Shown here: piece by piece, positions 35,662-43,418 of the stretch | How positions within the stretch are numbered: position 1 is the first letter of the stretch | Layout: each line of letters starts with the position of its first letter | DNA from: an uncultured Chloroflexota bacterium | GTDB lineage: Bacteria > Chloroflexota > Dehalococcoidia > GIF9 > AB-539-J10 | Assembly: GCA_903884455.1 (NCBI GenBank) | Contig: CAISEW010000019.1 | Location: 31,752 to 95,751, forward strand | DNA length: 64,000 bases | Direction: 5' to 3' | Position numbers and translations under genes: made by a program | Notes under the pieces: generated by a model | What the model was told of the DNA's origin: nothing | Seen by the model: the letters and a program-made list of their open reading frames with translations, nothing else | The model's database searches: none

Positions 35662-36741
35662 TTATACACCATACTTGTCTCTCAGTATCTGCGAGAGCTC
35701 GGGCAAGAAGACAAATGCCTTTTCTACAATACCTTCCTCAACGCTGGAAACCTGGCATTCGCCTGCCTTCTTATCGGGGGTATTAATCTGCCCTATGTCT
35801 TTAAGGCAGCATCGGGCCGGTGCCACCAGTGCCTGCATGGCAATTTGGTGCAAGGACAAACCTGTACTTTCCGAGATTACCTCCCAGTAATCCGAGAGAA
35901 TCACAGCCAGTGTTTTTGGTGTCTGCGTCGCCAGAACTGTGGAGTCAGTGGGGACAATGCCCCACGAGATAATCCCGCCTTTCTTGATAAACTCAGCCAC
36001 GCTGCCAGCATATTCCTTGGGCATAAACCCAATTTGATAGGCATCGAAGGACAGAATTTCCACCCCCAACTCCAACAGGTAAGGTAAATTCACCTCAGCG
36101 CAGAGATGCAGCCCTTTGGGACCTTCCAGTCCGGCAACAAAATTATGGTAGTCTTCTTTAGCCATTTGCTCATTGTATCCCGATAGACCACTAAACACAT
36201 AACCCAGCCCCGGCTCGTCCAGCCAGACAAAGGCATTGGGATTCCGTTCCTTAAGCTCCCGATACTGAATGTTGGCTTTCTTCTGAATAAAATCAAACAA
36301 AATAGTTCTTGCCTCATCGTTATAAATGACCGGCTTGAGGTTCTCATCAAGCACCTTAAAGCCGAAGCTCACGGGACCGATGTTCTGTCCTCTGATAGCT
36401 TTATAATCTTGAAGCTCCTTAGAGAGAAACTTGTGGAATACTGCGGAATACTCGGCGGTGAGAGCAAAAGCCTCCGGGTCATCCATTTTCACGAAATATC
36501 CATCGAGTTCTTGTTCAAATCGTGCAGTGTCGAAACTAAGCCTCCCTTTGTCAAAGTCGATAGCTATACCAGGGAAATTCTGTGAGGCTTGAACATACAT
36601 ATCTTCATACAGGCTCACTTTGGGAAGCTGGGGCCAGAATGGGATATCCAGGCTCAAGGCAAGCTCTAGTGCTTGCTCAACATTCCTATGAGGCATTATT
36701 CCCATAGCGGTAGTGCTGCATCGCGCCTCAAATGCTATCAT
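35662..36741 (-). CDS. UROD/MetE-superfamily protein, possibly a short cobalamin-independent (core MetE-like) methyltransferase
   Basis: 359 aa. An HxC motif (GLHLCAE), a downstream acidic residue and a later Cys pair (APARCC) are spaced like MetE zinc ligands. Assignment is tentative. Confidence 0.35.
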   Translation of the reverse strand: MIAFEARCSTTAMGIMPHRNVEQALELALSLDIPFWPQLPKVSLYEDMYVQASQNFPGIAIDFDKGRLSFDTARFEQELDGYFVKMDDPEAFALTAEYSAVFHKFLSKELQDYKAIRGQNIGPVSFGFKVLDENLKPVIYNDEARTILFDFIQKKANIQYRELKERNPNAFVWLDEPGLGYVFSGLSGYNEQMAKEDYHNFVAGLEGPKGLHLCAEVNLPYLLELGVEILSFDAYQIGFMPKEYAGSVAEFIKKGGIISWGIVPTDSTVLATQTPKTLAVILSDYWEVISESTGLSLHQIAMQALVAPARCCLKDIGQINTPDKKAGECQVSSVEEGIVEKAFVFLPELSQILRDKYGV

Positions 36742-36935
36742 GAATTTCTAGCCTATCTTCTCACAAATATCCCTTAAATCATAGCACGAAGGCGGGAAAA
36801 ATCTTGAATGTCCTTTAAGGAATTTCTTGACACCGCAGAGAGGCGGTTCCAATCCCGTTTCGAGGATTAGGTTCTGTTCAATCTGATTGGTTTGTTACCT
36901 TTAACGAAAAAGATACGTGTTTTTTATTTCTTTTC

Positions 36936-37967
36936 TTACGACTTTTTGTTCCCCGAGAAGCCTATGCGAACTTTCCTTGGTTTGCCGTTGGTAGCAGCTG
37001 TGTTAGGTGCGACTTCTTCGACATGAGCCACTGCGGGGATTGTTTTCAACACATCAACAATGTTCATGGGCTTACGCAGGAAGACCAGAATTAAAGGCAT
37101 ATCAATCTGAGGTACAATCATTTCAGTATTGGCAACTTCGGGTAATTGGTCAAGGAAGGACACGACTTCCATGATCCTGGATATATCAAACGGAGGCAAG
37201 ATTTCCACTTCCCATTGCGGCTTGCCCGACTCTGGCTGCTCTTCCATCTGAAGTAGTTTCGAGAGTTCGGAGCTCTTTTCAACGTGGTCCGTAGCCCGGC
37301 TTGGTTCCGGGTGCTCGTCAAGTGTCTTTTTGCTCGCTTCCGCGACTATGGCATCGCTCTCTCTCGCGATTTTCACGGCTGCGGCGTCTCTCTCCTCTGC
37401 GATTTTCACGGTTACAGTGCTGCTCTCTTCCCTGGGTTCAGACAACTTATTGCCAAAATCTGCCTGTACCGCTGCTGCCTGCTGCTTAAGGCTTTCCAGT
37501 TCTTCCAGCATATAGCCGAATTGTTGATTTACAAGGTTGCGTAGTTCATTCCGGATTTTATTTTTCTCGTTCTCTATCATCAGTGCTGCTTCTTCTTCGG
37601 CTTTGGCCCTAATTGTGTTAGCCTTTTCATCAGCAAGCTCCACAGCTTCAGCTATTCTCTTTTCCGCCATCTGTCGAGCTTGCTCTTTAGCTTTATCCAT
37701 AATGGCAGCACTCTCAGCTTTAGCTTGTTCTGTGGCTTCTGTCTTGATCTGCACGGCCAGCTTGTCAGCTTCGACAATGCTCATTTCTGCAAGTCTGTTA
37801 AGCGACGCGATATGATTCTGGGACTGGGCCAGTTTATCCCGCTCCTTGATAAGCGCGTTAATGAAAGATGCTACCTGAGCCTCATCTAACCCGTTTTTCA
37901 CTCGCTTGAACTCACGCCCTCCCAGCAAAATGACATCATCTTTAACAGTATTACCTATAATATTCAT
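36936..37967 (-). CDS. DivIVA-domain-like long coiled-coil protein with a non-coil C-terminal domain
   Basis: ATG 37967 after AAGGTGGG. N-terminal FKRVKNGLDEAQVASFINAL resembles the DivIVA N-terminal motif. About 200 aa of A/E/K-rich heptad-like sequence, then a ~100 aa hydrophobic/acidic C-terminal domain. Confidence 0.5.
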   Translation of the reverse strand: MNIIGNTVKDDVILLGGREFKRVKNGLDEAQVASFINALIKERDKLAQSQNHIASLNRLAEMSIVEADKLAVQIKTEATEQAKAESAAIMDKAKEQARQMAEKRIAEAVELADEKANTIRAKAEEEAALMIENEKNKIRNELRNLVNQQFGYMLEELESLKQQAAAVQADFGNKLSEPREESSTVTVKIAEERDAAAVKIARESDAIVAEASKKTLDEHPEPSRATDHVEKSSELSKLLQMEEQPESGKPQWEVEILPPFDISRIMEVVSFLDQLPEVANTEMIVPQIDMPLILVFLRKPMNIVDVLKTIPAVAHVEEVAPNTAATNGKPRKVRIGFSGNKKS

Positions 37968-38061
37968 AATCTCACCCACCTTTTTCACAGGACTCAGTAA
38001 CGGCGGGAGTACCCATGTAACGCGTCAGTCCCGTTTCATTTCACGATATCCTGTCATATTT

Positions 38062-38532
38062 CTATATCTTGATTTCTCCCTGAAAGACCTTCCAGATTTT
38101 CTCTGAATTTCTTCTAGCTTCTTCCCAGGCTTGCTCCACGGTCTCTTTGCGTACTCTCAATGCTTCCTTCACACTGTCCTGATAAACCTGCGTAGCACTC
38201 ATTTTCACTTTTTTATGCGCTTCCTCGGCTTCCTGTTCAGCCTTTTCCAGGGCTCGCGCGGCTTTTTCCAGGGCTACTGCACACATTTTAGCGGCGTGCT
38301 CTTCAATTTCTTTAAAGGACTCCTCCGCTCGGCGTTGGCGTTCCTGATACGCCACCGCTACTTTTCTCTGAGCTTGTAGATAGGACTCATAGGCGGCTTG
38401 GGCCTGGCTCATTAACTCATCAAGAGGATCCTTCTCCTCCTTGGAGACCTCGGAGGCAAGCTCGACCATTTGTTCCCCATCTTTACTTACCTCTTTCTTG
38501 GCTTGTGGATTCTTAGTCATCGTAGTTGCCAC
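38062..38532 (-). CDS. Hypothetical coiled-coil protein
   Basis: 156 aa, A/E/K/Q-rich. GTG start 6 nt after AGGAGG. Co-directional with both neighbours. Confidence 0.5.
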   Translation of the reverse strand: MATTMTKNPQAKKEVSKDGEQMVELASEVSKEEKDPLDELMSQAQAAYESYLQAQRKVAVAYQERQRRAEESFKEIEEHAAKMCAVALEKAARALEKAEQEAEEAHKKVKMSATQVYQDSVKEALRVRKETVEQAWEEARRNSEKIWKVFQGEIKI

Positions 38533-38575
38533 GATACACCTCCTGGAATTTGTTCCTTAAAATCAATGGTATTTC

Positions 38576-38797
38576 TCACATTTCGCCCCCATGATTCTTC
38601 TGAATTTTGTTAGTCTCCGACTTAAGATTGAGTAGTTCATCCTCCGCGAACAGCCTCCACCCTTTCCTATCTCTATATTCGGCATCCTCTACGATGTTTT
38701 GCCTGATCCAGCGGAACAGCGTGCTCTTACCTATGCCAACCATCTGGCAAACTTCAGCAGTCCTATAATAGATTCGGCCATTTATTTTTACAGGCAT
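38576..38797 (-). CDS. MerR/excisionase-type helix-turn-helix DNA-binding protein
   Basis: MPVKINGRIYYRTAEVCQMVGIGKSTLFRWIRQ. Typical HTH_17/MerR N-terminal domain. 73 aa. Confidence 0.6.
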   Translation of the reverse strand: MPVKINGRIYYRTAEVCQMVGIGKSTLFRWIRQNIVEDAEYRDRKGWRLFAEDELLNLKSETNKIQKNHGGEM

Positions 38798-38985
38798 ATG
38801 CAACACCCCCTAAGACTAACTAAATATAGTCTAGGAGCCATTCGCTTTCCCGTCAATCACCCATTAGTAACCCCACTTTCGTAAGGGGACTAAGATTGTC
38901 TTACGTTCTACTAGCTTTCACGGAGGCGACCAATGACGGAAGCGACGAAGCTCAGGTGGTGAATTCAGATTATCGCCGAAATCAG

Positions 38986-39024
38986 AAGGGCTGGATTTTC
39001 CCGGTGTCGGGATATCCAGCCCTT
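38986..39024 (-). terminator. Long hairpin about 50 nt downstream of the serpin stop (terminator candidate, no clear U-tract)
   Basis: aagggctggat...atccagccctt (11 bp) enclosing an inner cccg-gtgt-cggg stem. Confidence 0.4.
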
Positions 39025-39074
39025 GTATTTTACAAATCCCTTGACAAGTTTTCCGCAATACAGGAGGCGTTTAC

Positions 39075-40355
39075 TTATGGAGCGGGATTCAGGACGCGCC
39101 CGACAAAGAGAATGGCACCCGTCTGGATGTCGCGAATCAGGAAGATGAAGGGGTGGTCTATGGTGACTTCCACAAGAGGTCCTACGGGTGCTGATGTTGT
39201 TCCGACAATCACTGCGGTGGCAGCAGCCGCCTCGGTGCCAGCTTCATTCACGGCAACAAATGCCTTGTGCACAACGTCGGATATGAACAGCTCAGGATTA
39301 GCAGTCATTCCCGAAAAATCCGCGTCACCAGGAGAAAAGGCATCTCGCATGCCCATATCGGCGAGGATATCCTTCAGGCTGAATTGCGACTCGAATTTGA
39401 ACTGGGACATCGTCAGGGCCACCTGAGCAGGCTGCAGACTGCTTATGATGCCACTGACCTGCTGAGCCTGGATTCCTGCTTCAAAAGCTTCGAATTGGCC
39501 AGCTTCAGGTAGAAGGATGACCATTGACAGTTCACTGCCATCATACGGCAGCTCAACCGCCTGGTATCCTTCCCCCTCGGTATAGCCGAACGACTCCGTC
39601 TGTTTCATCATCGGCACTGTTGCCTGCTCGCCGTCAAGAAGATAGAACGGACCGTTTGCTGTCATTTTCTTATCGAAAGGATTCTCCCAGGCAGCATTGA
39701 AGTAGATAGCATTGGTCAGCACAAGGCGGGTCAGGGCATCAATCGCGCCTGGCGGGATAAGGTCTGTAATGCGGCCTTTTGTCTGGTCACTGACCCAATC
39801 ATTGATGGTGATGCGGGACTTTTCCGTCTCCGTTATGAAGTCCAGTATTTTCAGCCCGGCCCCATAGTTCTCGGCCAGGACATCGAGGAAGGCGGGCAGG
39901 AACCCATAGTCCTTTTGCCCCCAGATGTCGTTAACAATGTTCAGCCTGAATTTCCCTCCAGCATTACCGGCAGCACCTTCACCCCTGCTGGCAAGCTCGG
40001 CATCAAGCCAGTTAAATGCCGAGTGCAACTTATCCTGTTCCAGCAAGAATTGAAGGGTATCGGCCATCTGTTGAGCAGTTTCACCACGCGCTCCGGCGTA
40101 TGCCATCGCCAGCGCCAGGGAAATGCTGTAGGGAGAGTAAAAAAGATTACCATCCTTCTCTTTAAGCTCTTGATAAAGCTTAAAGGCGAAGGCGCTGTTG
40201 CCTTCGACCAGCAATGCTTGCTCACTCGGACTGACATTCGGTGAAGTTATCCGCTCTTTATCTGATTTGAGCACCTCGGCTGCTGCCGGCTGAACAGAGG
40301 CAATCACCGGCAACAGCAACACTAAAGCTAATACGATTACCAGTATCTTCTTCAT
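39075..40355 (-). CDS. Secreted serpin (serine protease inhibitor), inhibitory-type hinge
   Basis: ATG 40355 lies 8 nt after AGGAGG. Signal peptide MKKILVIVLALVLLLPVIASVQPAAA. SPYSISLALAMAYAGARGET. Hinge NEAGTEAAAATA. C-terminal HPFIFLIRD...ILFVGRV. Confidence 0.9.
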   Translation of the reverse strand: MKKILVIVLALVLLLPVIASVQPAAAEVLKSDKERITSPNVSPSEQALLVEGNSAFAFKLYQELKEKDGNLFYSPYSISLALAMAYAGARGETAQQMADTLQFLLEQDKLHSAFNWLDAELASRGEGAAGNAGGKFRLNIVNDIWGQKDYGFLPAFLDVLAENYGAGLKILDFITETEKSRITINDWVSDQTKGRITDLIPPGAIDALTRLVLTNAIYFNAAWENPFDKKMTANGPFYLLDGEQATVPMMKQTESFGYTEGEGYQAVELPYDGSELSMVILLPEAGQFEAFEAGIQAQQVSGIISSLQPAQVALTMSQFKFESQFSLKDILADMGMRDAFSPGDADFSGMTANPELFISDVVHKAFVAVNEAGTEAAAATAVIVGTTSAPVGPLVEVTIDHPFIFLIRDIQTGAILFVGRVLNPAP

Positions 40356-40386
40356 TTCATTCACCTCCTATAAGTATTCAGACCAT

Positions 40387-42408
40387 TCATCGCTCCGGGA
40401 TACCAGGGGTGACGATTGAACCGTCTCCATATTCAACTGGAAGCTTCACTTCATTGATGTAATCTAGATTTTCCAGGTTGTTCATCTTTATCTTAGCCTG
40501 CGAGATAGTGTAGAGGACATCGTCTATGTAAAGGGACCGCTCTACTGCAAAAGGAGAGTAATAGTAGTAATAGCCTTGTTCAGGGTCGGTGATGTTCTCG
40601 ACATGGGTGATTTTGCCTCTGAGTCGGAGCCCATCGTCTATAGATATATCAAATACATACGCGCCTTGCCAGACAGGCTGGCCGTAAGCCGACGAAGGAA
40701 CTCCCTCAGGATACTGCGTTGCATTTATCTTCGCCTCTAGAACGGGTATCACCAGCAAGTTTCTTTCCTTATCAAACAGGAATGCCTTGTGATCCCACAG
40801 GACTGGTGAATCGGTCCCTCTGTCCCCTATTTCATACTTGGATATCTCCACCGGATTGTTAACATCGCTGACATCGAAGAGCGCTATCTTGATTCCCTGA
40901 TACCAGGCAAAGTCTCCCTCATCTGCCGCTACTGCCTCTTTGCCTATCCCTATGATGTGGTTTTCGTCGTACGGATGCAGGTAGCTTGAGTAGCCAGTTA
41001 TCTTCAACTCGCCAAGAACCTTGGGGGCGTCGGGGTTACTCAGGTCTATCACAAATAGAGGGTCAATGTTCCTGAAGGTTACCAGATAGCATCTTTCACC
41101 CATAAACCTGGCGGAATAGATGGTTTCCCCTTGAGCGAGGCTTTCCAGCGAGCCGGTAATGTTAAGAGCCATATTCAGAACGTACACGTTGTTTAGGGGT
41201 TTTTCGCCATGGGTTGTCGTTGCCACCCTGAAGTAGCCCTCATACTCATCCATAGAGAACTGATTTAGCACCATGCCGGGGACCTCTCCACTGGCAACAT
41301 ACTCTACTTTGTCACCTTCTATATGAATCCGGTAGATAGAGCTTTTATCAAAATCTCCTACACCCGTCCCCCACACCGGGAAGGTCAGGTAAATGTTATT
41401 CAGCGAGACATACACGTTGCTGGAGGCTCCCAGCAGGATTGTTTCATATGTTGGCTCCTGGTCATCGTTCTGCGTGTTTATGGCCATAATAGTAGTGTAC
41501 ATATAATAATAGTCAGAGACATCGGAATAGTAGATATCTGTGGCCGGTATTTCCGTCTCGTTGCCGCCAGAATAAACCTTGGGAAGGTTCAGTTCATCGT
41601 CTTGTTCATACACAGGCTCATTTATCACCACATAAGCGTAATCGCCTATCATCCGTGAACTGACGTATTGGCCATCGGCAGAGAGTTCCCTTTGCAAGCG
41701 AGGGTTTTCCCTGTCTGAGATATCATATACTTTAATAGATGTCTTGGGTGATACTATTAAGGGCATGTAAGTTTCTCCTGCAGAGCCCCACCAAATATCA
41801 TAATAAGGATAATAGGGCGTTTCTTCCTCAAACACGACCAGCCTATCTCCATTGATGAATATTCCCATCACTGTTCCCGCTACTTCAATTTTAGATAGGA
41901 CTTGAGCTTGTTCAGGTGGATACGCCTTCACGATGATAGTCTTGTTCCCCGAAACGAGGTAAATATACTCTCCGTCGGTTTTAACAATATCTGCCTCATC
42001 CACCCCAGCCACCTGGATATTGGTAGGAGAGTAGCCATTGGTAGCGGGGGCAAGGAAGACGCCTTTTCCACCTACTGACGAAAAGTCTTCCCTCCAAGTC
42101 CAATGAGATCCTGTATATTGTGCGTTCTTCTTTATAAAGTTTTGCAATTCCTCATAAGAAGCGAACCTGCTGATCTGATTCCCTCCCAGAGGCAGAAGCC
42201 TGGGATTATTCACAAAAACTCCCACAACCGCTATTAAAAGCAGAGCAGCAGTGATGGGGGCTAATACTTTTGCCCAATTCATAATAGTCCTCTCCTTAAA
42301 ATGCCCGGAGTTGAGCAAAGCCATTTTTAATGCTTGTTTATGGCCGCGAAGTTCAATCTCCGGAGTCTTCAGGTGTTCTAGTCTGTCGATAAAGTCCTCG
42401 TGTTTCAT
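40387..42408 (-). CDS. Membrane-anchored beta-propeller-domain protein, possible anti-sigma partner
   Basis: About 45 aa cytoplasmic N-terminus, one TM segment (VLAPITAALLLIAVVGVFV), and a large extracytoplasmic region. It contains RFMGERCYLVTFRNIDPLFVIDLSNPDAPKVLGELKITGYSSYLHPY, which I recall as typical of the secreted beta-propeller family (Pfam Beta_propel). Directly downstream of an ECF sigma gene. Confidence 0.65.
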   Translation of the reverse strand: MKHEDFIDRLEHLKTPEIELRGHKQALKMALLNSGHFKERTIMNWAKVLAPITAALLLIAVVGVFVNNPRLLPLGGNQISRFASYEELQNFIKKNAQYTGSHWTWREDFSSVGGKGVFLAPATNGYSPTNIQVAGVDEADIVKTDGEYIYLVSGNKTIIVKAYPPEQAQVLSKIEVAGTVMGIFINGDRLVVFEEETPYYPYYDIWWGSAGETYMPLIVSPKTSIKVYDISDRENPRLQRELSADGQYVSSRMIGDYAYVVINEPVYEQDDELNLPKVYSGGNETEIPATDIYYSDVSDYYYMYTTIMAINTQNDDQEPTYETILLGASSNVYVSLNNIYLTFPVWGTGVGDFDKSSIYRIHIEGDKVEYVASGEVPGMVLNQFSMDEYEGYFRVATTTHGEKPLNNVYVLNMALNITGSLESLAQGETIYSARFMGERCYLVTFRNIDPLFVIDLSNPDAPKVLGELKITGYSSYLHPYDENHIIGIGKEAVAADEGDFAWYQGIKIALFDVSDVNNPVEISKYEIGDRGTDSPVLWDHKAFLFDKERNLLVIPVLEAKINATQYPEGVPSSAYGQPVWQGAYVFDISIDDGLRLRGKITHVENITDPEQGYYYYYSPFAVERSLYIDDVLYTISQAKIKMNNLENLDYINEVKLPVEYGDGSIVTPGIPER

Positions 42409-42500
42409 AAACTTTACCTCCTTTTGTTACTATAAATGCAGGTGGCTGAAAAAGGTTGCATTATCTAACTCAAAAAGTCTGGTGATTTTCGTGAGGTTGT

Positions 42501-43064
42501 TTAGTCTGTTTCTCTTAATTTCTCCACTGCCCGGTGGAGCAAGGACTTTATCGTTCCCTCTTTTTTCCCGAGGATTTCAGCGATTTCGTTAATCTGTTTT
42601 TTCTCAAAAAATCTGAGAGCGATGACCTCCTGGTATTTGGCAGGGAGCCGAGCAATTTTTCCCTGAATTTCCAGAAAGTCCTGATGTTGTTTTAATTTTT
42701 CCTGCGCTTCTATTAGTTCGCTCTCAGGGTCACGGGGTGATATAAGTTCAAAACCCTGTTCCTGTAATTCCTCCAGCGATACGGATTTTTTGTATTCGGC
42801 TTTTCTAAAATACTGGTTAACCTCATTGGTGGCGATTTTATATAGCCACGGGGAAAAAGAGATATTGCGCCAGTGAAATTGCCAGAGCTTCCTCAAGGCC
42901 TTTAAAAATGTCTCTGAAGTAATATCCTGGGCAGCTTCCAGATTGGCAGTCCGCCTCAGGACATAGCCAAAGATTTTGGGATAATACTGATCGTAAAGCT
43001 TGGCGAAAGCATCGGGGGCTTTTTGTGCTTGTCTGACGAGCTCCTTTTCTTCGTTTAAATCCAT
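42501..43064 (-). CDS. ECF-type sigma-70 family RNA polymerase sigma factor
   Basis: 187 aa. Region 2 (YYPKIFGYVLRRTANLEAAQDITSETFLKAL) and region 4 HTH (INEIAEILGKKEGTIKSLLHRA). Confidence 0.85.
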   Translation of the reverse strand: MDLNEEKELVRQAQKAPDAFAKLYDQYYPKIFGYVLRRTANLEAAQDITSETFLKALRKLWQFHWRNISFSPWLYKIATNEVNQYFRKAEYKKSVSLEELQEQGFELISPRDPESELIEAQEKLKQHQDFLEIQGKIARLPAKYQEVIALRFFEKKQINEIAEILGKKEGTIKSLLHRAVEKLRETD

Positions 43065-43147
43065 ATTAGCCAGTAAAAAATAAATGTACCCCAGTAGTAT
43101 AATGCACTAGTAATAATTTAGTTTCACCAAAATCTTAGCTCATACTG

Positions 43148-43237
43148 CATCATCCCCCGCTGCACTGTCAAGCGCTTTTTTGTTCTCTCCAGATTTTCGT
43201 CAGATTGGTAAAAAGTCAGTAAAGTGGATGATAGAGG
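43148..43237 (-). promoter_or_regulatory. Conserved upstream element, copy A (5' of the ECF sigma operon)
   Basis: Collinear blocks are shared with 47861-47965. On the minus strand these are ccactt, ctttttaccaat, gaaaatct and TTGACAGTGCAGCGGGGGATGAT. Confidence 0.35.
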
Positions 43238-43376
43238 CTGGCCCCGGGTCTCAAGCCAAGACATGGTGGCAAGCTGATAGGCCAGAAAATCCTTCAGGTT
43301 TTTGAGAAAACTTACCTGTTACACACAAACCAGGCAAATGTGCAATCTCATCCTCAGGTATACTCTGGACCTCTGC

Positions 43377-43404
43377 CTGGCTGCCTAGTCGCCCAGGCAG
43401 CCAG
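43377..43404 (-). terminator. 9-bp GC-rich hairpin 15 nt after the oxidoreductase stop (terminator candidate)
   Basis: ctggctgcc-tagtcgccca-ggcagccag. No U-tract. Confidence 0.35.
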
Positions 43405-43418
43405 TGTGCCTGAAACCT

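Noticed and set aside
38896-39426. 176-aa plus-strand ORF
   Set aside because: It is mostly antisense to the well-supported serpin gene. It has no RBS, and its upstream part covers the serpin terminator hairpin.
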